This document shows, piece after piece, positions 27,236 through 37,379 of a DNA stretch of 64,000 nt. The notes beneath the pieces are model-generated. The model ran no database searches. It was not told the DNA's origin and saw nothing but the letters and a program-made list of their open reading frames with translations. The first letter of the stretch is position 1; the number at the start of each line of letters is the position of its first letter. Made by a program: the position numbers and the translations under genes. Origin of the DNA: an uncultured Puniceicoccaceae bacterium (GTDB lineage: Bacteria > Verrucomicrobiota > Verrucomicrobiia > Opitutales > Oceanipulchritudinaceae); contig CAWVVV010000001.1 in assembly GCA_963933835.1 (NCBI GenBank), positions 492,588 to 556,587 of the forward strand. Direction: 5' to 3'.

Positions 27236-28165
27236 TTACCAGAGTTTATCTGGGTAATAACCCGCCGCGGTAAGCTCCGCGAGGCGCTGCTCCACCGCCT
27301 TGCGATCGTCCGAGTAGGTCACGCCTAGCCACTGCTCAGGAGACGACATGACTTCGACCGTGGCATCTCGCGAAGCGATCATCGTAGCGACTGACGCAGG
27401 CAGGTAAAACTCCGCCTTAGGCTCGTTTGAGCGCGCCTCAAAAAAGGCCCTAAATTGCGCCTCTAGCCCATCCAGTATCTCAGCCTGAAGCGCGAAAAAG
27501 TTCATTGAAACAGGCGTCTCGGCGTCCAGAAGCGTCACATCTCCATCGGGCAAATGTGCTTCTGGGCAAGTCGCCCCCGCGACAATCGAGGTCTGCTCCG
27601 TGATGCTGATCAACTTGCTTTGCTCATCCGATTCGCAAATCCCCCTTGAAACACTGCCGTGCGGCGAAAGTGTTTTCCCAAGCGGGTATGCCACCATGCC
27701 GAGCTCAAGGGCTGAACCTGCAGACTTCGAAGGCTGACGCAGGAAGGTCGCTGCCTGCCGATAAGCCTCGCGCCCGTAATAGTCGTCGGCATTGACCGCA
27801 ACGAACGGCCCGTCGAGGGCGTCCTTAGCTACGAGCACGGCGTGACCCGTCCCCCAAGGCTTGGTCCTTCCTTCGATCGGCGCGCAGCCAGCGGGTAGGT
27901 TGTCCAACTCTTGAAAGACAAGTTCCACCTCGAGATCATCTGGCAGCCGGCTGAGAACGGCTTTCTCGAAATCCGCCTGAAACGACTTTCGAATAACAAA
28001 AACGACTTTCGTGAACCCAACAACGCGGGCATCATAAACAGCGTAGTCGAGTAACGTTTCCCCGTTCGGACCTAGCCCCGCAAGCTGCTTTAATCCGCCA
28101 AAGCGACTCCCCATCCCAGCGGCGAGGACAAGAAGGGTGAGGCGTGGTTGTTCGGCTAAATCCAT
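27236..28165 (-). CDS. Sugar-phosphate nucleotidyltransferase family protein
   Basis: LAAGMGSRFGGLKQL, KPWGTGHA, NADDYYG. Confidence 0.88.
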   Translation of the reverse strand: MDLAEQPRLTLLVLAAGMGSRFGGLKQLAGLGPNGETLLDYAVYDARVVGFTKVVFVIRKSFQADFEKAVLSRLPDDLEVELVFQELDNLPAGCAPIEGRTKPWGTGHAVLVAKDALDGPFVAVNADDYYGREAYRQAATFLRQPSKSAGSALELGMVAYPLGKTLSPHGSVSRGICESDEQSKLISITEQTSIVAGATCPEAHLPDGDVTLLDAETPVSMNFFALQAEILDGLEAQFRAFFEARSNEPKAEFYLPASVATMIASRDATVEVMSSPEQWLGVTYSDDRKAVEQRLAELTAAGYYPDKLW

Positions 28166-30646
28166 CTACCCTTCTTCGCGGTAGGCAATGAGGTCAGTCA
28201 AGCGGCTAAACTGTTTGATCCAGCTCACGGCTCCTTCCATCGAACCAAGAACCGCCTCGAACTCGTCGCGTTTTTGATTCTTCAAAGCATCGATCCGCTC
28301 CTCGACCGTCCCTCGTGTGACGAGCCGATACACCATTACACGTCGGCGCTGGCCAATACGGTGAACACGGTCAATCGCTTGGGCCTCGACCGCCGGATTC
28401 CACCACGGATCGAGCAGAAAAACGTAATCTGCAGAGTGCAGTGTGATCCCGGTGCCACCGGCTTTGAGACTCACTAAAATAACCGCCGCCTTTTTGTCCT
28501 CTTGAAATTTCTTCACCGGAGACGCCCTATCCGTCGTGCTACCCGTCAAACGATAGATCTCGAGGTCATCGCCAAAGCGATCTTTCAACATCGTCTCAGC
28601 GCGGTCGAGCAAGCGCACAAACTGACTAAATACGACCGCCTTTCGGCCGGATTGCACCACTGCGTCTAGGCGCTCGCCAAGTATCATCAGCTTGCCGCTG
28701 TGCTCCACCTCATCATCTCGCCAAGGGAGCAACGCTGGATCGCAACACGTCTGCCTCAAGCGGGTGAGCAAGCTAAGGAGCGGCATTGGTCGCGCCTTAA
28801 GCGCTGCATCAGGGGATTCATCCAGCTCTCCGATGCCCTCTTCAACGAGGCGGCGATACTCGGCAACCTGCACCTCCGTCATCGGGCATGGTAGTTGTAT
28901 CTCAACTTTCGGCGGCAACTCCTTTCCAACCTCAGACTTTGTCCGACGTAAGACAAAGGGCTTTACCTGGGTGCGGAGAAACATCTGCGCGGCCGCAACA
29001 TCGGTCTTAACCTTTGACTCAAAGCTCGCCTTCGAACCCAGCAGGCCCGGCATAAGAAATCGAAAGAGCGTCCATAGATCCAGCGACCGGTTCTCGATTG
29101 GCGTGCCCGTTACCGCGAGCCGGCGCTCTGCACGCACCGCACAGCAAGCCTGAGTGACCTTTGCCTCGGGATTTTTGATCACCTGAGCCTCATCCAAAAT
29201 ACAGTAGATGAAAGATTGCTCATGCAGGCGGTCACGATGCCGTCGCAATTGAGTGTAACTCGTCAGCCAGAGAACCGGCTCATCGGGCTCATCAAAAGCA
29301 TTCCCTTTATGAAGCCGGCGCATCTTCAGGTGCGGGAAAAAGCGCTCCGCCTCAGCCTCCCAGACGGGCAAGACACTGGCGGGACAAACGATCAATGACG
29401 GCCCCGAGGCAGCCTTCGGATCTGTCGCAAGGAGCGACAACACTTGGAGCGTTTTTCCGAGGCCCATTTCATCAGCAAGCAAGGGGTGACAATCCGCCTC
29501 CAGAAGGTGGCGCATCCAGCGAACCCCTTTACGTTGGTAGTCGCGTAGAATCTTCGGCAAGCCGCGGGCGCCGCCCGAAGCACCCTTGGTCACCGACGAC
29601 TTCCATTCCTCAAGCTCATCCGAGAGCATGAGTGGAACCTTACCTTCGCTCGAAAGGGAAAAGAGCATATAGAAAGGCAGCTCTCCCTGAAACCGATCCT
29701 CAAGCACCGGTTTCCAGTCCTCAATCCAGCGGGCCTGCTCATGCTCAAGGCCAACAAGCCCCATCTTCGGATGAAAAACGACTTCACCGGGGCGCCGTAG
29801 CAGGCCATCGATCCAATCCCCGCTGAGCACCGAACCTCCAAGGCGAAATTCAAACTCCGTCCGCATCGACCCCTCATCGCGATCAACTCGAAGCGTCACT
29901 GACGCACGACGAATTCCGCGCCGGAGAGCAGCAACGGAGTCATCACATTCGATTTTAAAGTGTTTGTGCCATTTCGGAAGTTCGTCCCGAACAAAACTCG
30001 AAGCGCGCTGAGGATCTCGCAGGAGGTAATCACCACTGAACGTCCGGAGCTGGAATCCGGAGGCCCGGGCCAACGCCGCCAAAGCGATGAGCGCTTCCCG
30101 CCCTTCTTCACGTGTGCGCTGAGCACGCACCGCATTGACGCGCTTTGACGGGGTATCGAGCCAGTATGCGCCGAGACGTAATCCCCGCTGACTCGAGGAC
30201 AAAGACAGTGTCAGTTCAGGGCCTTGCCTCTCTCGCGGAGCGGGGTTCTGCTCCTCAGGCTTCTCCAGCGGCGGCCGAGGGCGCTCAGTCTCTTTATTAT
30301 CAGCTGCAATCGGTGCTACCTCATCGATAACAAATTCTTCGATCTCATAGAGACCAGCCACTGCCAACGCCCGCCCTTTGAGCCGATCACTGACAGAGTG
30401 GCGGACCGAGAGCTTCCCTTCGGCAGGGAAATCGAGCACAGCGTAGATGTCATCCGAAGCGCGCCCACCAAAGATAATGGCATGATCCTCTGCCAATTCC
30501 ATCGACCTCACCTCACCTGCACGGTAGAGTCCACGACCCTGATTTAGTTCTTCAGACGAAAAAGTAACTTCCCAAGCCTCTGTGAGGCGTTGGAACCAAT
30601 GCTCTAAGGCCTTGGGCGAATACTTGCGCTGGGGCACTCTATCCAT
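28166..30646 (-). CDS. SNF2-family helicase/ATPase
   Basis: LADEMGLGKT, DEAQ.IKN, TGTPIEN, DPWWNP..E.QA.DR.HRIGQ. Confidence 0.93.
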   Translation of the reverse strand: MDRVPQRKYSPKALEHWFQRLTEAWEVTFSSEELNQGRGLYRAGEVRSMELAEDHAIIFGGRASDDIYAVLDFPAEGKLSVRHSVSDRLKGRALAVAGLYEIEEFVIDEVAPIAADNKETERPRPPLEKPEEQNPAPRERQGPELTLSLSSSQRGLRLGAYWLDTPSKRVNAVRAQRTREEGREALIALAALARASGFQLRTFSGDYLLRDPQRASSFVRDELPKWHKHFKIECDDSVAALRRGIRRASVTLRVDRDEGSMRTEFEFRLGGSVLSGDWIDGLLRRPGEVVFHPKMGLVGLEHEQARWIEDWKPVLEDRFQGELPFYMLFSLSSEGKVPLMLSDELEEWKSSVTKGASGGARGLPKILRDYQRKGVRWMRHLLEADCHPLLADEMGLGKTLQVLSLLATDPKAASGPSLIVCPASVLPVWEAEAERFFPHLKMRRLHKGNAFDEPDEPVLWLTSYTQLRRHRDRLHEQSFIYCILDEAQVIKNPEAKVTQACCAVRAERRLAVTGTPIENRSLDLWTLFRFLMPGLLGSKASFESKVKTDVAAAQMFLRTQVKPFVLRRTKSEVGKELPPKVEIQLPCPMTEVQVAEYRRLVEEGIGELDESPDAALKARPMPLLSLLTRLRQTCCDPALLPWRDDEVEHSGKLMILGERLDAVVQSGRKAVVFSQFVRLLDRAETMLKDRFGDDLEIYRLTGSTTDRASPVKKFQEDKKAAVILVSLKAGGTGITLHSADYVFLLDPWWNPAVEAQAIDRVHRIGQRRRVMVYRLVTRGTVEERIDALKNQKRDEFEAVLGSMEGAVSWIKQFSRLTDLIAYREEG

Positions 30647-30745
30647 CAGACAAAACCAAACATTAGATTCCCAAGGGATGGTCCGAGCAAGACCGAACCA
30701 GCAAATTTACTGCGAAATATACTGCAGGCTCACTCGCAACTTATC

Positions 30746-31195
30746 ATGTCCAACAACGTCATCATTGCCGAAAAAGTCGTCGAATTCGCTGAAACCGATG
30801 CGGCCGGCCTCGTGCACTTCTCTAACTACTTCCGCTACGTCGAAATCGCCGAACGCACCTTGTTTGAATCCCTCGGCGAGCATCTCCTCGACGATGCTGG
30901 ACCGACCCTGGCAGGCTTTCCTCGCCTGCGCGCAAATTGCGATTTCAGCGCCCCACTTGCTTTCGGAGACCGTGCCCGCATCGAGCTTAAGATCAGCGAA
31001 GTCACGGAAAAGAGCATTCACTACAGCTTTCGTATTCTCAAAAGAACCGGCGAAGATGAGTGGTCCCGCGCGGCCAAAGGCGAAATGATTACAGTCTACG
31101 CCTGCAAAGAAAAACCCGGCGGAGCGATCAATCCTCAGCCCATCCCCGCATCGCTTCGATCAAAGCTTGCTGCGTTCCTAGCAAAAAACAGCTAA
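30746..31195 (+). CDS. Acyl-CoA thioesterase (hotdog, 4HBT-like)
   Basis: FAETDAAGLVHFSNYFRY.E. Confidence 0.88.
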   Translation: MSNNVIIAEKVVEFAETDAAGLVHFSNYFRYVEIAERTLFESLGEHLLDDAGPTLAGFPRLRANCDFSAPLAFGDRARIELKISEVTEKSIHYSFRILKRTGEDEWSRAAKGEMITVYACKEKPGGAINPQPIPASLRSKLAAFLAKNS

Positions 31196-31258
31196 GAATC
31201 GCCTTACTGACATTTAGATTTGCCAGTGAAATCCCCAGAAACACTCTCTGGACCCGAG

Positions 31259-31918
31259 ATGGAGACAGATGATTCACAGCCCTACAGCCCGGAAGAGCTA
31301 GCAGACCCAACTATTGAGGTTAAGATTTCCAGAGATGCGGTGAATCAGCTACCGATCCATCGTTACGATGGGCCGATTGAAATTATCAGCGACGAGCAAA
31401 GCCTCAACAGGGCCCTCGAAGAGCTGAAAAACGAGCCCTCGCTTGGCTTCGACACTGAGTCTCGTCCGGTCTTCCGCCGGGGAGAAAACTCAATGCCCTC
31501 ACTACTACAACTAGCAGGCAAAGACAAAGTTTGGCTCTTCCAGCTGCAACTTTTACCTGATTTAGCCCCCCTTTTCTCCGTTCTAGCGGATCCTAAGCGG
31601 ATCAAAATGGGCATCGCGATCCGAGACGACATTCGGAAACTCAATGAGCTCCATAGCTTCAACGACGGCGGGTTCTTAGAACTAGCGAACGTAACCCAAA
31701 AAGCTGGCATCGTAAACACCGGCCTACGCAAGCTGGTAGCCCTCTTTCTTGGATTCCGCATCTCAAAAGGGGCTCAAGTCTCGAACTGGGCGCGCACTCG
31801 ACTCACACCCGCCCAGATCAATTACGCCGCGACCGATGCCTGGGTGAGTCGCGAGCTCTACGTAAAATTCGAAGCCCTCGGCCTCATCTCCGACGCATCT
31901 ACGGCACAGGCCATTTAA
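31259..31918 (+). CDS. 3'-5' exonuclease (DEDDy, WRN/RNase D-like)
   Basis: GFDTE, LLQLA, SNW, YAATDA. Confidence 0.9.
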   Translation: METDDSQPYSPEELADPTIEVKISRDAVNQLPIHRYDGPIEIISDEQSLNRALEELKNEPSLGFDTESRPVFRRGENSMPSLLQLAGKDKVWLFQLQLLPDLAPLFSVLADPKRIKMGIAIRDDIRKLNELHSFNDGGFLELANVTQKAGIVNTGLRKLVALFLGFRISKGAQVSNWARTRLTPAQINYAATDAWVSRELYVKFEALGLISDASTAQAI

Positions 31919-32621
31919 AACGCTCGAGCACCTGAGCCATGTCGCTCTCGAGTGGCGCCTCAAATCTCCGAAATCCATACCCCCTAGGATCCTCAAACTC
32001 GACCTTTGAGGCATGAAGCATAAGGCGGTCGATCCCAGCGTTGTCTTTCGCATATCGATTGAAACGCGTATCGCCGTGGGTGGAATCTCCAACAACCGGA
32101 TGGGTCACACCATTTACGTGACGCCGGATCTGATGCCAACGCCCTGATTCTAGCTGAACCTCCAATAAGGCAAAGCGCCCCGTTGGGAATTTGCCGATCG
32201 GCTTCTCGATCGCGGCCGTAGCCAGCCGTCGGAAGGTCGTTTTCGCGCTTTGCACTCGCCCAGACTCCGGGCACTTGAGTGAACGATCAATCGCGCCCTC
32301 TTCATTTGGCCAACCCCGAACTACCGCCAAATAGGTCTTTTTCAGCTGGTTCGACTCAAAGATTGTGCGATACCGACTCGCCATAGGGGAATTCCTTGCG
32401 AAGAGCAGGATTCCCGACGTGGGGCGATCAAGCCTATGTAAGGGATACACATGCTGGCCAAACAGAGCCCTAAGGCCCAACATAACCGTATAGGATTCAG
32501 GGGACCACCCCCCAGGATGGGTCAAGATACCCGGAGGCTTAGCCACTACAATTAGGCCATCATCGAGGTAAATGAGCCTTGCCGCCCAATCTCGATCCCG
32601 CATATATTCTCGTTTCTTCAC
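31899..32621 (-). CDS. RluA-family pseudouridine synthase (TruC-like)
   Basis: HRLDRPTSG, GRWHQIRRH, HPVVGD..HGD, LMLHA. Confidence 0.9.
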   Translation of the reverse strand: MKKREYMRDRDWAARLIYLDDGLIVVAKPPGILTHPGGWSPESYTVMLGLRALFGQHVYPLHRLDRPTSGILLFARNSPMASRYRTIFESNQLKKTYLAVVRGWPNEEGAIDRSLKCPESGRVQSAKTTFRRLATAAIEKPIGKFPTGRFALLEVQLESGRWHQIRRHVNGVTHPVVGDSTHGDTRFNRYAKDNAGIDRLMLHASKVEFEDPRGYGFRRFEAPLESDMAQVLERFKWPVP

Positions 32622-32754
32622 TTAATACGTATTTGTTTGTGCACAGATATGTAAAAACAATAATTTCCAATAAATCTCTTGATTATCTAAGCTGGGAATC
32701 TACTCTGCTGGTGTTTTCACCTTCCGAACACAGATAATTTTACTGTCAAATATT

Positions 32755-33204
32755 ATGAAAAAGCTCCTCACTGCCTTTTTGGCTATCGCTATTACTAGCC
32801 TTTCCTTCGGCGCAATCGTTGCAGAAACGCCTGTTACTTATACTATCGACGGGGGTACCCCGATCCACGCTAACCCCGGTGACGTAATCCCCGAGTCAGG
32901 CTCCATCGCAATCGTCAATGGCGCTGCTCGCATTACAGGTTCTAGCACAGTTGGCTTTGGTAACGGCACTGCTGCTGCAAATGGTGGCGAAGCCATTGTT
33001 GAGCGCCGCGGCCGTCGTTCACTCGTCAGCAGCATTGGTGCTGCTGGAGTTGAATACACCACATCTGCTGGCACAAAGACACTCGGCACCAACGAGCAGG
33101 CTGTGATCCTCAACCGTGGTCCTTCAACTCTCGTAGTTGTTCTCCCATCTTTCAACACTGCGCTCCCTGGTTTCACACCAGTCGTAATCGGCACAAGCAC
33201 CTAA
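32755..33204 (+). CDS. Secreted hypothetical protein, Gly/Ala/Thr-rich, beta-rich
   Basis: Clear signal peptide MKKLLTAFLAIAITSLSFG; AT-rich upstream region; own terminator. Confidence 0.75.
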   Translation: MKKLLTAFLAIAITSLSFGAIVAETPVTYTIDGGTPIHANPGDVIPESGSIAIVNGAARITGSSTVGFGNGTAAANGGEAIVERRGRRSLVSSIGAAGVEYTTSAGTKTLGTNEQAVILNRGPSTLVVVLPSFNTALPGFTPVVIGTST

Positions 33205-33232
33205 TATCTTAGGTCGTTAATCCTTTTGAAAT

Positions 33233-33259
33233 CCCGGCCTGAAAAGGTCGGGCTTTTTT
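33233..33259 (+). terminator. Intrinsic terminator
   Basis: CCCGGCCU-GAAA-AGGUCGGG-C-U6. Confidence 0.8.
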
Positions 33260-33575
33260 GTGCCCAAATATATCCAAGCCTTCAAAGAGAGGGATTGCAG
33301 AGAGATACTATTCAGCCGCTTTACTGTCCACGGGGCCACCTTCCCGTCACTGGTGCTCAAAAAGCCTCCAGCACTTGTGTTATCTCGTAACAGTGGCTGC
33401 AGATGAACAGCCGACGACTTATCAGGAACGAGGCCAAACCGCCCTAGAACAGGTGCCCTGCCTTCAGCTTTCAAGGCCCCTAGCCTACCTTCTTATGTCT
33501 CAAATCGTACAATGAAATGGCTCTCCCGTTTATAGAGAGAGCCACTGAGATATACCTACTTCCGATGGCCTTCTA

Positions 33576-35450
33576 TCACCAACGATAGCCGGCGCGGAGC
33601 GAAGCGTGTCTACCGACAGCAGGCGTTCCAGGAAACTCCTCAAAGTCGTCATCAAAGAGGTTATCAATCAGGAGTGTAAACTCTAGCCCATCCGACCATG
33701 GAGCCAGCCACCGCAACGCGACGCTCGCGTTAACGGCCTCATTACCCGACATGCGCAGCACGTTGTCTTCCGCCAAGCGGTATTCTAACTCACCACGAGC
33801 CTCGAGTGACTCAGTGATCTGCCAACTCGCCCCTCCTGTCAGCCTGTGCACAGGAAAGTTGAGCACATAGTAGGACGCGGTCGGAGCCATCGTACCATAG
33901 TCTGCCTTCTTCTGCAGCCACGCATAGCTAATCCGGACATCAAACTTTTTGCCTTCATAGCTTAGCTCCGCTTCGACACCTTTCGTATCCACATCAACCG
34001 CTTGCGCACTGCGGGCGTTGGGAGACCCCAAGGCAAACACCCAATCAACAAGATCGTTATCATCACGATCGAAGGCACTGAGGCCGAAACGCCAGTTTTG
34101 TTGGGAGTAGGCAAAACCCGCCTCCCACACAGAACTCTCTTCCGTCGTTAGATTTGGATTTCCACCAAATAGGCCAGGGCTCGACCGCAATGCCGTGTAG
34201 CCCGGAACTTGGGCAGACCCTGAGCGCTCAACAAACGCCGCCAATTCACCAGCTCCCAGTGCTCTGACATGCTCAACCCGCAAAAGTGGACTTAGCTTCC
34301 CAGAGTCTTCCGTGGTATCAAACCCATGCACCCCTAGATCAACAATCAAGCGGTGGCCCTCTTCGCTAAGCCAATTTCTGCGCAGAATCGCTGCTCCTTT
34401 CACATATTCTCTCTTCCGGAAGTCGTTCCCAGTCAGCGTATCGCCATTCGTCAGCGAAGAGCTACGAACCAGGTTGTCATCGATATAGGAAAAGTTGTGT
34501 AGGAGCGCCCAGCTATCCGATACGATATGAGCACCATCCCAAGATACACCCATTGCTCTAGTAAGGTGCTCAAAGGCAAGATCAGGCAGTGCGATGCGAT
34601 CAAAGGTATAGTCATCATCCATTTCTCGGTGCGAAAGCCCTAACTGAAAGTGGCTACCAGCGCCATACATCCATCGGAAGTTCGCCGTAAACAGCCTGTT
34701 TTGGTAGTCCTCCGTCTCAGGTCGAAATCCAAAAGCTCCCCCCGTGTACATATTCGGCCAACCGTAAAACTTGTCGAGGTAGCCCGCCGCTAAGTCTGCT
34801 TGAAACCCCGTTCGCTGATACTGCAAACGGGCCGCCAAGCGGTGCATATTGAAGTCTCCAAACTCAACCGTTCCATCGCCTTGGCCGTGTCCAGCGGCGA
34901 GATCAACCGCCCAGCCGCTATCTCCAAACGCTTCACCAAGATAGACTTGGCCGAAAAAGAGTTCATCGGTTCCAATCCCCACCTCAAGCGAACCTCGGTC
35001 AGCAATGGGTGCCCATCCGTAGGTAACGGTAGCAACATTTGAGTTAAATCCCAGTAACGCATTCTCTACCCCAGTCGCGAGCATCGGGGCGGTGAGCATC
35101 TCAGCCGAGAAGGGGATTTCAGTCGAATAGTGGCCCGTTTGAGGATCATAAAGGGGCACCGCCCCAAGCCGCATTCCCGTCTGTTCAAATGTGGAGCCGC
35201 GCACTGTCAGATCACTCTGCAGTTCAGCATAACCTCTCGCTTGCAGGTCCACTCCAGGAGCGTAGCGAAGCAAGGTAGCGGGTGTGGAGAGACCTATCGC
35301 GGGTTGATCACTAAAGCTCAACGGCGCAAACACCTCGAACGCAGAAAGATCGTAGACACGCTCTTCGGCCGAGACATCCAAGGCGCTCGCCATCGTCAAA
35401 CCAACGCCAGCAAATATCGAAAGCAGATTTCTATAAGTAAAGGGCTTCAT
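33576..35450 (-). CDS. TonB-dependent outer-membrane receptor
   Basis: Signal peptide; plug (PGVDLQ.RG...D.TVRGSTFEQT...DPQTGH); C-terminal IDNLFD...PGTPAVGR..SLRAGYRW. Confidence 0.9.
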   Translation of the reverse strand: MKPFTYRNLLSIFAGVGLTMASALDVSAEERVYDLSAFEVFAPLSFSDQPAIGLSTPATLLRYAPGVDLQARGYAELQSDLTVRGSTFEQTGMRLGAVPLYDPQTGHYSTEIPFSAEMLTAPMLATGVENALLGFNSNVATVTYGWAPIADRGSLEVGIGTDELFFGQVYLGEAFGDSGWAVDLAAGHGQGDGTVEFGDFNMHRLAARLQYQRTGFQADLAAGYLDKFYGWPNMYTGGAFGFRPETEDYQNRLFTANFRWMYGAGSHFQLGLSHREMDDDYTFDRIALPDLAFEHLTRAMGVSWDGAHIVSDSWALLHNFSYIDDNLVRSSSLTNGDTLTGNDFRKREYVKGAAILRRNWLSEEGHRLIVDLGVHGFDTTEDSGKLSPLLRVEHVRALGAGELAAFVERSGSAQVPGYTALRSSPGLFGGNPNLTTEESSVWEAGFAYSQQNWRFGLSAFDRDDNDLVDWVFALGSPNARSAQAVDVDTKGVEAELSYEGKKFDVRISYAWLQKKADYGTMAPTASYYVLNFPVHRLTGGASWQITESLEARGELEYRLAEDNVLRMSGNEAVNASVALRWLAPWSDGLEFTLLIDNLFDDDFEEFPGTPAVGRHASLRAGYRW

Positions 35451-35494
35451 TTTCACCACCACCAGATGACGTCTCGACGACACCAAATCAAGGC

Positions 35495-35527
35495 TTTGTT
35501 AAGCAGAAATCTAATCTGGTTAACAGA
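35495..35527. promoter_or_regulatory. Palindromic operator, BirA-box-like
   Basis: TT-TGTTAAG-N15-GTTAACA-GA; arms TGTTAAGCAGA/TCTGGTTAACA are 10/11 complementary; 47-75 bp upstream of the receptor ATG. Confidence 0.5.
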
Positions 35528-35570
35528 AATACAGATTGAAGCTCATCTAATAGAAGATAGGTATCAAGCA

Positions 35571-35666
35571 ATGCCCTTCCAAATCACAGGCCGTGAAAAG
35601 CAAACCCTGACACTCATCTGCCTGCTGCTCGGGATTGCTTTAGCGCTCTATTTAATCCTCGGATAA
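35571..35666 (+). CDS. Putative 31-aa single-TM small protein
   Basis: MPFQITGREKQTLTLICLLLGIALALYLILG. Confidence 0.4.
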   Translation: MPFQITGREKQTLTLICLLLGIALALYLILG

Positions 35667-35719
35667 ATACCTTGCGAGCCCGCTCGGTAGAGCCATGTTC
35701 ACTAGGCTTTCCTGTTGAA

Positions 35720-36805
35720 ATGCCTGCCCAATCTGCCGTGAAAACTCCGACAACAGTCTCTGACGACAAAGTAACTGCCTACCAGGTCCTCCCCGAGCCC
35801 GAAGCGCTTTGTCAGGATCTTTGCCCCGATGACGCCCTCCTTAAATCAGTCGCCAAAGGCCGTGAGCGCATTCGCCGCATCATATTCGGCGAAGATAAGC
35901 GATTTCTGGTCATCGTCGGGCCGTGTTCAATACATGACGCGGACGCAGGGCTAGAATACGCTCGGCTCCTCCAAAAACTAAAACCAGAGCTCGAGGACCG
36001 GATGGAGATAGTCATGCGGGTCTACTTTGAGAAACCGCGCACCACAGTGGGCTGGAAAGGACTGATCATGGACCCAGCCTTAGATGCCTCCTACAATATC
36101 CCAGAAGGATTGAGGCAGGCTCGAAGCTTCCTGATTAACATTTTAGAGCTCGGACTGCCCACCGCTACTGAGTTACTCGACCCGATTACGCCTCAATACA
36201 TTGCAGACCTTATTAGTTGGTCAGCGATCGGAGCCCGCACGACAGAGTCCCAGACACACCGCCAAATGGCGAGTGGTCTCTCGATGCCGGTAGGATTCAA
36301 AAACGCCACATCAGGCGCTCTTGATGTCGCGGTAAATGCGGTCAAAGCCGCTGGCAAACAACAGACATTCCTCGGCATTAGCCATAAGGGTATTGCGAGT
36401 GCCGTCAGCACAAAGGGTAACCCTGACTGCCACCTCATTCTTCGAGGAGGCACATCAGGGACAAACTACGATCGCGAATCAGTCTTCAAGGCACATGCCA
36501 CGCTAGAAAAAGGCGGAGTTTGCCCAAATGTGATTGTCGATTGCAGCCACGATAACAGTGGCAAAGACCCAACAAAATCGATCGATGTTTTTGAGCAGGT
36601 GACGCAGCAAATGGTCGATCCTTCTAGCCCTATAATCGGCGCTATGCTGGAAAGTAACCTCGTCGCCGGAAGCCAACCCTTTCCGCAGCCCCTCGATCAA
36701 CTTGTCCGCGGACAATCAATCACTGATCCTTGCTTGGACTGGGAGCGCACCGAGTCCCTTTTGCGCCGCTGCTACGAGACCCTAGCACCTCGCTTCGAGT
36801 CGTAG
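35720..36805 (+). CDS. aroG: DAHP synthase class I-alpha
   Basis: VGPCSIHD, RVYFEKPRTTVGWKG, AIGARTTESQTHR, DCSH.NS, SITD.C. Confidence 0.95.
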   Translation: MPAQSAVKTPTTVSDDKVTAYQVLPEPEALCQDLCPDDALLKSVAKGRERIRRIIFGEDKRFLVIVGPCSIHDADAGLEYARLLQKLKPELEDRMEIVMRVYFEKPRTTVGWKGLIMDPALDASYNIPEGLRQARSFLINILELGLPTATELLDPITPQYIADLISWSAIGARTTESQTHRQMASGLSMPVGFKNATSGALDVAVNAVKAAGKQQTFLGISHKGIASAVSTKGNPDCHLILRGGTSGTNYDRESVFKAHATLEKGGVCPNVIVDCSHDNSGKDPTKSIDVFEQVTQQMVDPSSPIIGAMLESNLVAGSQPFPQPLDQLVRGQSITDPCLDWERTESLLRRCYETLAPRFES

Positions 36806-36822
36806 GCTGGGCCCGAAATACT

Positions 36823-37211
36823 CTATACCGCCGCTTGAATTCGGCGAATCTCTGCCTCAAAGCCAGAAACCGTCTCCAAAAACAGGGCGTCAATATCTAC
36901 CGCCAGACGCTTCATCGTCTCGCTCTCCTGTGAGTCTGCGGCAGGCTCAATCGCCTTCGAAAGTGTCGCGAGACGGTGTCCGCCGAGGTTAGCACTACTT
37001 CCAGCAAGAGCGTGTGCCAGACGGGAAACCGCGTCAAATCAGACTCCGCAAGGGAGGCCTTGAGTGTTTCCAATTGAGGAATCGCTTCACCCTTAAAAAG
37101 GTCTAATAGCTCCAGAATGAGTTCCGCTGCCGCATCTTCACCAGCTTCAACGAGCATCGCAATCTGGTCATCATCAATAAGGGGCAAACTGTTGATCTCG
37201 TGAATATCCAT
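36823..37211 (-). pseudogene. Stand-alone Hpt phosphotransfer protein with a 1-nt frameshift at ~37037 (probable homopolymer error)
   Basis: Restoring one T gives ...ESDFDAVSRLAHALAGSSANLGGHRL...IQAAV*, the Hpt H-box. Confidence 0.8.
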
Positions 37212-37379
37212 ACGTTCTCTGGTATAAATCGACTTCGTTTCTGTCCACTTGAATCAAGTCAGGCAAAGAAATTCATGCGTGAATGCATCAAGCATTTATA
37301 TTCAAATTAGGCCGCGTGCCGTCGGACGATTGACAGCCTCTCAGCCCAACCTAGCTTGCGGGTTACATTCACGAAAATT

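Noticed and set aside
33260..33575. 85-aa ORFs on both strands in the intergenic gap
   Set aside because: No motifs or convincing starts; one overlaps the terminator. Only a weak hairpin at 33518-33544 was seen.
35451..35570. Cobalamin or TPP riboswitch ahead of the TonB receptor
   Set aside because: Region is short and AT-rich and lacks the conserved riboswitch motifs.
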